The translations under genes and the position numbers were made by a program. The notes beneath the pieces were generated by a model. That model worked only from the letters and a program-made list of their open reading frames with translations. It was not told the origin of the DNA and ran no database searches. This document shows positions 1 through 10,869 of a stretch of DNA of 64,000 nucleotides, piece after piece; the stretch's first letter is position 1, and each line of letters begins with the position of its first letter. The stretch spans positions 17,766,457 through 17,830,456 of the forward strand of contig OZ316897.1 of the NCBI GenBank assembly GCA_973895155.1. The letters are read 5' to 3'. This DNA comes from Marsupella aquatica. Lineage: Eukaryota; Plantae; Marchantiophyta.

Positions 1-305
1 TTTCCGATCATAATAAGCAGTTTGCTGACAGACCCGTGTTTGAGCAATTTAGCTTTCGAGATCATAATGAGCAATTTGGGCAATTGCAAGCACAACCATG
101 TTTAAGCTATTTCGCATTTACGATCATACTAAGCAATTTGCTCACAGAACCGTGTTTGAGGAACATAGCTTTTGAGATCATAATGAGCAATGTGGCGTAT
201 GTGCTGACAGAACCATGTTTCAACAATTTAGCTTTTACAACCATCGTAACCAATCTAGCCTTTACTATCATAATAAGCAATTTACTGACAGATTGTGTTT
301 TGAGC
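1..305. repeat. Degenerate minisatellite, ~50-60 bp unit, truncated by the window edge
   Basis: The motif 'atcataatragcaattt...ctgacagaaccrtgtttgagc' recurs 5-6 times. Confidence 0.75.
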
Positions 306-537
306 ATCTGGTGCGCCGGGTTCTGAACCGCACTTTGAGTGGCTTTTCAGAGACTCAAGCCACGGTTCCGCCCTGGGAAAAGCTGTCATGAAGCCTTGCA
401 AACCCTACCTGACTTGTGGACGGCACCGACTTGGCTTGTACAAATTGATATTAAGAATTTGGTCCTTTAGATTGAAGAAATATTGCATTACTAAATAATC
501 CAAGGAAGCACGCCCGGTAAAACCAAAGAAGTCGTCT

Positions 538-755
538 CCGGACCCAAAAATATCTCTTTTTTTCAGCACGCCCCGCTACCGGCATGTAAGGTGCGAAGCG
601 AGAGAACGCGTCGTAGCCCATATGTACAGATTCATTAATTTTGGGACCCAAAAATATCTCGTCTTTTTGTCGCACGCACGGCTACCGGGATGTAAGGCGC
701 GAAGCGAGAGAACGTGTCTTTAGACCATATGCAGTGATTCATTAATTTCGGGAGA
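538..755. repeat. Two-copy direct repeat, ~105 bp
   Basis: 'ggacccaaaaatatctc...gctaccgg.atgtaagg.gcgaagcgagagaacg...gattcattaattt.ggga' occurs twice in tandem. Confidence 0.75.
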
Positions 756-2233
756 CATGGTCCACGCCCGGGCAATGGACTTTATCAGAGGGAAATATAT
801 ATAGCACCAAAATATAATTACTGGAATAAGAATGGGCCCAGTTGTTTTTACATTTGAATGAGGTTCGATGCTGTTAATTAGGTGGGGTGAAACTGTTTAT
901 AGTGATCGAGCCGCGTTCTCTGTGTGCGAAGAGATTAGGACGCACAGCAGAGTGGGCCAGTCTAGAATCCAGAAACCGGTGAGCTGCACTCGTTGTAACA
1001 GATTGCATTGTCGATAGCTATATTTGAGAGTCATGCATGGAAGGATTCGAAGCCCCTAAAAGTAATCATGTGAAGGGGCGCGAGATCTGAAGGTCTAAAT
1101 CAAACTGCAAACACTGATTGTCGCGTGACAAAGCCAGGTTCCCAAATGAAGTAATTTAAGTGATTCTGACTTTCCTCGATTGAACGAATACATGACTTGA
1201 CGAACTTGAGAAATGTTTACCGCTCATGTTTTACATGGTGCCCCTCTCACATCAAGCTGCAGTGAATGTTTCTTTGATTTCTTGGTGAATTTCCACGGGC
1301 AGCAAGACAGAATGTGACAGCAATTCGAGGAAACAGCGGCGGGCATTGACCGAAACCACGATGGATATAAAGCTTTGAAATTAACTTGGTAAATTACGAA
1401 ATTTGATTTAGACTTCAGTTTTTGAGGTCCCACCATATGTGAGAGATTACTTTTACTGGCGGCCGCTCACCGGAACTTTCGGGAAATCTTTATTGAACAA
1501 AACTGACACTGAACTCAAACTGCCCAGATACAAGAATGAAGGAGGGTCTCGGCTTAAATTGTCAATTGATAGGAAGTAAAATTTGTAGTGAATTGACGCA
1601 TTCAAGACAGTGAGGCAGGAGGCCTGTCTGAATGCCGGTCTGGAGTACAAATAAACTCCTCATTCAGAGATCTACGATTCGTAGTCCACATTCCTGGACC
1701 ATCGTGACGAGGGAGCCTAGCTTGGATTTTTAAGACTACTGCTGCAAGCGTGGTTGGAATGCCTAAATAACCAGCTTGCCCATATATAGTGCCATGGACG
1801 GAATCCGCACGGGTCATAGACCTGAAAGCTTGGACGGCTCAGACTACAGAGATCTGAAGGTACTGAACATAGCAAATTACGGCACAGCCGAGGATCTGAC
1901 CCAGGTCGATTAACGAGCCATTGCGGATTGGGTCGACAGTTATTCTTCCAGAAACTGCTACCAGTACAAGCTCCATTTAATAGTCTGGTGATTCATGTCT
2001 TCTTATGATTGTCACACCTATGAACTGTAGAAGCTGACAATTTGTTCTACAGTAGATGGACTGCAGCCTCCCATGACCTCCACCTAGTTAAGATTTGTGT
2101 AAAAGTTTTTGCTTGTTAGGTGTATGCAGAGGCTCCACTTCGTCCACTTCTTCAATGCCTTCCGACACCCATCCCAAAGCGTCAGTAGGATCACCCAGAA
2201 AAAACATCACATCATTCTCCACCGTTGCATTAA

Positions 2234-3820
2234 CTATGAATATTCAATCGGATCTTTCTCTACATCATCCAGTACTTCTGCCTCTGCATGGTGCACGCGA
2301 GCCTTGACTTTTTCAGCCTTTTTCGTCCAGTTGCTCTTGAAAGTGATGGTTGCTAGTGCCACCATTTGTAGTCCCAGGCCAACAATGAGTCCAGTGAAAA
2401 GACCTTTTCCAGCCCATTTAAAGTGAAAGGCCAAGAGAACCCCTACAGGGACACCCACTCCATAGAAAGTTGCCAAGTTGGCCAACGCCCCTAGATCTTG
2501 CCATCCTGCGCCACGGGCGACTCCCGAAAGCACGCCTTGAATGCTATCGAAGAAAGACAGCACGGCAATAATGGGCATGATAGTTGCCACGTATCCCACC
2601 ACTTCAGGGTCACTGCTGAAGACCCAGCCCCAGACATTGCGTGATAAGAGCAATAAACTAGATATAATACTGGCCTGAACTGAGGAGATTCCCACCACCA
2701 CATACACAGAAACTTTTGCTGCATTCGGCTCTCCTGCTCCAAGGTTATTTGAAACCCTGGTGCTTGCAGCGGCACTAAGTCCGAAAGGAATCATATAATT
2801 GAGCGTCACTGTATTCAAACAAACAGAGAGAGCAGAAAGCTCTAGCTCCGGATTCGTTAATAAGCCCGCCAGCATCACCATCACCTCAAAGCACCAATAC
2901 TCCAGACATATCATCGCGCCAGACGATGCTGCGAGCTGCAAAAAAGGTTTCAACTCAGAAAAGGCCTCCGTCGTCCATCCAGCGCCCCATGTTTCCTTGC
3001 ACGCGCCCGTACCCCTCACATAAAGAAACAAAAACACCACATTTAACCAATACGAGATACTTGTAGCCAGGGCTGCGCCACGAAAGCCCATCCCTAATAC
3101 GTGGATGATCAGCCAGGATAAGACCGCATGGAGACCTAACGAAACCGCAGAGCATATGACCATGGGCGCCACAACACTCTGGGTTTGTAAAAATTTGATA
3201 AGTGGCTGAAGCGCAGCACTCGCAAAAAGAGCTGGGAGTAGCCAGATTGCATATTCTCCAGCTTTGGCCGATATTTCAGGTGTCTGTCCAACCATGAGGA
3301 GCAGTCGCTCCATGTAGAAGAACACGAAACTGAGGGGAATACAAGTCACATAAAGCACTACCAGAGCTCGTTGCAGATAAACCCCTAGCTTGGGATACTG
3401 CTCTGCCCCATAGGCCTGCCCACAGAAAGTCTCCAGTGCACTTGCCATACCCAACAGGACGTAGAAGCCAAGCACACTGGCGATGGAGTTGGCAAGAGAG
3501 GCGCTAGCAAGCTCCAGCACGCCCAAATGCCCTGCGAAAATGGTCGATACCAAAAGAATAGAATACTGCAACACATTGACAAGCACCATTGGCCCCGCGA
3601 TCTGAATCTGGGTCTTCGTTTCAGCTTTAATATAAGTGTAATTTACCACGAACTTCTTGTCTGTCTCTTTCCAATTTCCAGCTGATTCCTCCACCTCTTC
3701 TGTTGGTGTGGGTTGTACGGCCTTCTCTTCTGACATACCACCAGATCCATCCTTGACAAAACTTCGTGACGATTTTTGTGATGACGAACGTAGAAGAGGC
3801 TCCTTCAATGGGCTCCACAT
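2234..3820 (-). CDS. MATE/DTX-family efflux transporter, intronless (~528 aa from ATG 3820; alternative ATG 3736)
   Basis: Uninterrupted ORF with plant MATE motifs GHLGVLELA, LGMASALETFCGQAYGA, LEYWCFE, STRVSNNLGAG and QGVLSGVARGAGWQ, plus many hydrophobic segments. The track's start at 3907 is not an ATG. An N-terminal KEPLL follows ATG 3820. Confidence 0.93.
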   Translation of the reverse strand: MWSPLKEPLLRSSSQKSSRSFVKDGSGGMSEEKAVQPTPTEEVEESAGNWKETDKKFVVNYTYIKAETKTQIQIAGPMVLVNVLQYSILLVSTIFAGHLGVLELASASLANSIASVLGFYVLLGMASALETFCGQAYGAEQYPKLGVYLQRALVVLYVTCIPLSFVFFYMERLLLMVGQTPEISAKAGEYAIWLLPALFASAALQPLIKFLQTQSVVAPMVICSAVSLGLHAVLSWLIIHVLGMGFRGAALATSISYWLNVVFLFLYVRGTGACKETWGAGWTTEAFSELKPFLQLAASSGAMICLEYWCFEVMVMLAGLLTNPELELSALSVCLNTVTLNYMIPFGLSAAASTRVSNNLGAGEPNAAKVSVYVVVGISSVQASIISSLLLLSRNVWGWVFSSDPEVVGYVATIMPIIAVLSFFDSIQGVLSGVARGAGWQDLGALANLATFYGVGVPVGVLLAFHFKWAGKGLFTGLIVGLGLQMVALATITFKSNWTKKAEKVKARVHHAEAEVLDDVEKDPIEYS

Positions 3821-6800
3821 TATGTTCCAGTTGATGTATGTAGTCACCAAGCGCAAGTACTCCATATATTGATATACTTCGTGCTGTTGCCTTCGAATTA
3901 AAAACAACGCTTAAAACAAAGACGTAACTGCAAATTACATTTAAGTCAACAATAGAAAGTAATCCTCGAGCAATTCCTCCCGAGTCGAATAGATTTGCGT
4001 ACTATAGGTTTGACAAGAGAGAAGCTCTAGAGAACTCGGCGCGCAGGCGAGCGAGATAAATTAAGCAGCATTATCGGCATTGAAGAATTACTCCGCTACT
4101 CTTTAACAAGAAGTAGCCAGGCAGTTCTCAGTGCTCGATCTGCATCCACAAACAAAGCGTTTAGGGCTGATCTAAGCTAAGTCTAGCTCAACAGCCAGCA
4201 TTGATGGATCATAACATCTCCGACATCATTTCTGGTCCAAAAGGTAAACATCGCAGTGGACGAGTAAAGCCGGCATGTATCACTTCAAGCTTAATTTCAA
4301 TTCAAAGGTGTTGAACGTAACGGATTGTTGGAGAGCATCTATAGAGAGAGTAAAATGAGGGATAGAGCTCGAGGGCATCAATAGAGAGAGTATTAAATTA
4401 GACGGAGGGACAGATCTCTAGGAGAGAAAGAGTGGTGGGAGGGTGGGGGGCGGGGTCAGGTCCTTATGTACGAATTCATTCTGCTGCCGCTGATTGAAGC
4501 CCCGATTGAAGCAATGGTGCGGCTGACCTAACCTTCAAGAAGTCCAGGTAGCCACTCGTCCTACAACATTGCTGCTAATTGAGAAAACAAACGACGAATG
4601 ACATTTCAAAGGAATTGCTACTGATCGACTACAACCGGGTACTTTCATCGAATAGATTCTGCCTTTTACAATACTGGAGCACATACTGGCCAGGAAAACC
4701 ACAGATCTTGGGCAAAAGCCTAAAGCAGTTACAGGACCTACCAGTGAAGCCGCTTTAGCAACATTTGCTTCATTACTCGCTTCTATCATTTAATTTTTAA
4801 AAACTTTTAGTATGATCGTTGACATATACAACTGCATCGATCCCCGCATCGATCTACGTTACGGAGCAGTCGGGTGACCATGCCCAGGTAGGGACGCTAA
4901 TATGCCCAATGACTACAATTATTTCCTGTCAGGTTTGATAATTCAGTCCTATCGAATTCTTGGGAATTGTCGTCTACGATATCGTCACGAGCTGAGCTGC
5001 AATTGGTGTGAGGGTCTGTTTATGCACGAGGGAAGATGTTCACGATTTATTTGATTACATGACAATTAAAGGAAAGACAATTAAAGGAAAGAGCGGAAAT
5101 GGAAAAGTGCATGGAAGACCGTACTTAGAAGTTGTCATCGTATCCTGTGATATCAAAGATGACTGGAAACCCAACATACCCGGCATGAGGCTGCACAATT
5201 TTAACAAAACAAATTGACGAAAATGTTGAGCCTGGAGTACTGACATGATCAGCGCATTTGCTACATCACACTCATGCTCGAGCGAGAGAAAATGCTTAGA
5301 GTTTGAAAACTGTACATGTTCAATGGCAACTTCTGCGAGATAACAAGTCTAACTTGAAGATAGAGCACCGTTATATCAGAGGAATAGAATAATATGAACA
5401 TTTGGAAGAAAACCTCAAATTAATCTATGCGAGAACTCTTTTGAAGGTGTTGCATCCGGTCAAATCCTTCGAATCCTATCCTTTATAGATTCTGGCGGGT
5501 CTCTGCTACTTTTATTCCAGTAAGGCACCAGCAACAAACTTCATCGATGAATCAGTGGATATAACCAGTTGAATGTTTACTTCTACTCGACCTTGAGAAA
5601 ATGGAAGGTAAAACTCTCAGTCTTCAAACATTTAGAACGCCAGCAATGTCTTCTCTACCGTGCAAGAATCGTAACAATAATTTCTACACATCGAAGAGAC
5701 CTACTGTAGGATCGGCAACACGTACGTCACAAAGCTTGAGATTGGTTGCCTTGACTTCGTCCCTTCTTTCAGTGTGAAGAATTTAACAAACTAGATCCGA
5801 TCACTCCCCTGATCTACTGTACAATAACCACTTGAACTGGAATCTAGCAGTGAGCCTTACAAGCCAAACGTGTCAACGTGTGTCAAGATGGGAGAGGGTC
5901 TCCCATCATATGCAACCTCGTGATCACTTGTCAATGATGATTGTGCAGCAGCGCCAAAGTCAGCAGCAAGTAGTTCATAGAAAGTAAACAAGTCAAATCC
6001 TTCCAATATGGACCCCATAGTGTTGCGCGAATTGGGCGGGGAATTGGGCTCAGTACTGAGTACCTACCACGACGTTTAGTAGAATATCTGAGCCCCACTC
6101 GATGATCGCGTCTGACTTCGCAATCGAGCTAGTGGATCTTGCTCCAGCTTTCTATCGAGGATCGAGTCATGGAGGACTGAATAGTGCAGTAAACGGCGGT
6201 AAACACTGATGCCGAGGTACAGCTGCTCAGGCTCGAATTTGTTGTGCTCCCATTGCGCTCCCATCGAGAGAAGCAGCTATTCCTGAACTTGTGTACCGAC
6301 GTCTAGAGTGGGAGTATGGAAGTTGCCCTTATCCGAGCTTAGCCATGCTGAGTGTCTTCGAGGTAAGCCATATTGGAACGGAGGTCGGGAGTGTGAAAAC
6401 GAGAAGTGACTTGGGTCTACGCAACGAATTCTTGAGAGCGCATTTTCGCACGGGTCAGAATGGTGGCCACTGAAGTTGGCAGCAAAGCTCCTCAAGTCCG
6501 AGCAATTCAAGGCCATAGTATTGGGTGATTGGAATGACAGAGGCCAGCATGAATTCAAACCGGAAGGAGGGGTCTCGGTCGAGCCAGCTTTAGCACTCTC
6601 ACAATCGATGAATCGACTCTATTGTTGACTCAGCTCAGACCTGTGGTGCACTCTGGCATAAAGACTCATAATTACTTTCCAAGTAAGGTAATGCACAGGA
6701 GATAATCGTGACACATATGTTGTATTAATTTGTCTCCAAAATATGATTGTTTCGATGATAATTCTTTATAAGACGATCTGCAATGGCGGCTTGCTTTTGG

Positions 6801-8421
6801 GTGTCCTTGCTGTCCCGGGTAGACCGCTGAATCGCTGATCCACACTTTTGTGGGTGCTTGTTGACCCTAGCTAGGTGGCTTTAACTCCGATCCTACTTTT
6901 GTGGGTCCTTGCTAGGTACTGTAGATCAGTTCTGTAGATGGCTTACATTCTACGCCTCTCAAATACAGGTTTGGTAACCAAAAATAAGAAAATGATCTCC
7001 CACGGACCTCCCAAGGACCGTACACAGAAACCATAGAATATATTGGGATCCACTAATTGAGAATATTCCCTATCACATTGTGAATACAATGCTGTCCATT
7101 TGAGTTGCAAAAATACATGGGAGCATTTTGACAAACCTAGAGGTCTATCCTGGATTCATTTTCCATAAACAAAATATGAAAGAGCTAACGTAACATGTTC
7201 AATTGTTCATCTTGCAACATGTTTCATTTTTGTCTTTAAGTGATATGTAGGTGAGCTAAGTTTTTGTGTGGCCATTGTATATTTGTGGGATAAAATACAG
7301 GCCACATAATGACTTGGAAATGAAGAGTTGATTCTGCACATAAGGTACAAGAGGAGAAGTACAACACATGTAAAAGAAAAGTAACAATGACCAGGAAAAG
7401 TTTAACTCTATGGTATTGGGTTGTGCTCATAATGTACAAGAATAGAAATCCCCTAGGTAATGACACTCAAATCAATTAATTAAAACCATAAATTTAGGAA
7501 ACAAAATCATGAGGAGAAACACACAAGGTGTGCACTTTATCTATAATCATTTCTATCTCACTCATGAGAAGAAGTGCTAAAATTCCACTAGATTTGGTAA
7601 AGGGTTGGATGCACAATATTGGAACCTAAATTAGTGAGAGAAGAGCTTCAGGATAACAAAGATTAATAACATTGATAGAGGTGCCAATATAAATTCAAAA
7701 TCTACCTTATACAAGGGATGCACCTTATTAAGACACATTGGAAATAAAACTACACAACAAAAAAAGTCTGAATAAGACAGCACTGAAAGGTGGATTTGTC
7801 ATAATTATATTAACATCAAAAATTATATGCTAGCAAGCAAGAGCATTATAGTAACCACAAGGTGTTCCTTTTAAATACACAGTTGGATTCCATGGAAAAT
7901 GCTTGGGTGGATTTTGACAACCTAGATGACCCTGAGTCTAGCCTTGGGCTAGCTACTATCCATAGGAAATCATTATTTTAAAGTAAAAACCCCGAAAACA
8001 CATGAAAACAAGTCAATGAAATTAAATTCATTTATTTATAAATTTATTTTCCAAAAATAAATTTCATATAGAGTACAAACCCTTCCCCTATTATAAAGCT
8101 TTTGAAAAAAATTTAAATACCTTGCTGACTATTAGAATTAACATTTTTACCAGAATTGGATTTTTAAATGCCTTTAGCATAAGTTTTTAATTATAATTAT
8201 TAGCCCAAAAGATTTTAAAAAATAACCTTCATTTTCTCGCACCTCTCCTAAAAATCCAATGAGTGAAATATGCAATGAACTGCAATGTCTTACAAAACTC
8301 ACACATTCACCTGCAGGAAGAAAGTGTATGCTTTCTTTAATGAGATTACTAAAAAATATCTTTTAAAAATAATAATTAATCATTCTTCTCAACATTTCAA
8401 GACAGTGTATTACAAGAAAAA

Positions 8422-9230
8422 CTGTGAGAGATGCGACTGCTCAGGGTCCCTCTGGCTCTTTGATATGCGTGTGGCGGGAGGTGGTACTCGAGTTACCTGG
8501 GCCCCCATCACAGCGGCTACAGGTGGATCTTACCATGGTTCGTGAGGATCAACGTACTTTGGCAGATGTAGTGGTGGCAAACCCATTGCGCCAAGACATC
8601 ATTGGGACAGTGGCAACAACGGCAGGGGCAGCAGCGACACGTGTGGCAACAACGAAGGAGGCCAAATATGTTGCACAAGCTTCATCCTACAACTTCCTCC
8701 CCCTTGCCGTTGAGATATTCGGGCGTCTTCATCCTCAGTTTGATGGGCTTCTTCGGCAAGCTGCCCGGGATGTTCATGGCCGAATGGGTCCCACCGGACC
8801 CTTGCTATCTATTTTGACCACGCACTTTTGCCAACGTATTTCAGTCACCTTACAGAGTGCTCAAGCTCGGGCCATCTATCGTCAATCTCTTACAATGGGT
8901 GCTAGTGTGCCCCTGCAGCGGCTAGCTCCCCTAGAGGATGTTCCAATCCCACTTGCCGATCTAGTTTCAACACTTGATGTGGACCATTAGCTTTTGCCAC
9001 ATTTACTAGGAATGATGAGGACCTCGGTCCGTTAGGGTTAGTTTTAGTTCCTCTTTCTTGGTTTTTAGGGGTTCCCTATTGTTCATTTCTTACTTTTAGT
9101 TTCTCTTTCTTGGTGTTTAGGGGTTCACTTTTGTTCACTTCTTTTAAGTTTTGTTTTGTCCCCTTGGACCCTCTTTTGTTTGTTCTTTTGTACTCTGTTT
9201 GGTCCCTTTCTATAAAAGGTGTGTATATAT
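8422..9230 (+). mobile_element. 5'-truncated RLE-type (CRE-like) non-LTR retrotransposon, copy 1
   Basis: ORF remnant 8424-8990 has a restriction-like endonuclease signature (VDLTM..LADVVV..KEAKY..FLPLAVEIFG). It is closely similar to 39626-40430, including the T-rich 3' UTR. Confidence 0.7.
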
Positions 9231-10869
9231 CATTCACTTTTATGGTTTTGGTGAATCTTCACTTTCCTAGGTACCTTAAATATATTCGTCTTTTCATTTA
9301 TGTCTTACTGCTAGGAAAGAACCCAGTTCCTGCCTTGTCATTGAAACAATTATTCTATTTCTGATAGAGCAGGATACCAAAGGCTGGGGAAAAACAAAGG
9401 GAAAATTGGGGAAATCCAAGAGCCAAAACCCTAATTAAATGACAATTAAACAAAACCCAATAAAGGGCGAAAACAAAAGAAACACCAGGTGGGGGGGAGG
9501 GCCTGGCCATGCAACCATTATTGTGAGAAGTCCAGCAGTCCTGCACCTTCTTGTACGGATGGGTGCTTTGCTTGAACGAGGCGCAATAAATCTTTTTGGT
9601 CGATTTTTTCAACTTGTTCCTACTCAGGTCCGTCCTTCCTCTGCGATTCGTGCGCTGTGAATCTGTGATTCACTTCCCAATGTCTCGGTATATCAAACAA
9701 AAAGCCAGAAAGTTGTCTGCTGCATTGGGTTTGAAAGACTTACGGAATACGATAGAAACGAATGAAATCTAGTGAGTTCTTCTAAAGAAAGCATGAGAAT
9801 ACCTCCATAGTCAATACCGCTTCCCGGCTAGGAGATAGGAGATACTAGATAGGCAATCACTGGCACAGGGTCATTAATTGTATTTCAACTTCTTGAGCCA
9901 CAGTCGAGTGATCAATGTCCTTTCTAAATAAAGGCCACATGTTCGCTTTCCTGTGAAGCGAGGATGACATGTCGACCAGCCCTAAACTGGTGCGACCTTT
10001 GCAGCCTTCTTATTATTCTTCCTCCAGTTGCCTCGCTCCCTAAGCCCCGTGTCCGTTCATCGAAAAGGACAAGTTGTTGTGAAGGTCGACAAATAGATAA
10101 TTGGGTTCAACTGTCCGTTCCAAAAAATAGAAACCTCCGTGAGGTACTGTACACCAGCAAAGTAATATCGTAGCGACATGCAGACTTCCCCAAGTAACAC
10201 GTTTGTCCTCGCTCTTGTCGGAACGTTGATAGACATTTGGGAAGTTTGGCATATGTCGAATCAATCAGAGATTTTGCATTTCCCGCTTCCAAAGGAAGTT
10301 CGCTCACCTGGCCTGTACAGCCTATTGTCAAGATAGCCAGTCATTTGACTTCTCCATGATTCTTTACTACGCCAGAATAAACTAACTAAATCTTTTCAAG
10401 CCAGTCAAATAGCTATGGAGAATACGTTCACTCTTGATAGACCTGTCAAATTGGGGTGGAGAGTTTGGAAAACCAACGATATTCTAGTCAAAGAGGGTCT
10501 AGGCTTTTGTATTCAGATTCTGCCGTGACCAGTAGTGACTCCAAGATCTTCTATAGAGGAGATTCTGTCACGAATTGATGCTGCCAATGCCGCTACTTCC
10601 GTAGTAGGTGATTCGACAGGATTAGAGTGGGTCCACGGTGAATCCTCTTCACAGAGAGCTTGGGTATAATTTTGTGCTAAAAGGCTCACTTAATGTATGT
10701 ACTGAAGAGGCAGCTCAAGCAGGGCATGTGAGTTATTAGGCAGAAGGGATGACGAGGCAATGATGGACTCGAGTTCGGGGTTCACCACTGTTTAACGAAT
10801 GAAGTTATGGTGACTTTTTGTAGACAAAAACGGTCAAACTGCCCTATATGTTTTCCTACATTTCAAGGC

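Noticed and set aside
1-305. CRISPR-like array or the repetitive ORFs 36..326 and 107..307
   Set aside because: Units are degenerate with no unique spacers, the context is eukaryotic, and the ORFs only reflect the minisatellite.
3821-3907. N-terminal extension of the MATE to 557 aa
   Set aside because: The track start is non-ATG. An in-frame ATG at 3865 is possible, but 3820 better fits a typical MATE N-terminus.
4500-6650. Possible decayed coding sequence upstream of the MATE
   Set aside because: Composition looks coding-like but I recognise no motif and no consistent exon chain.
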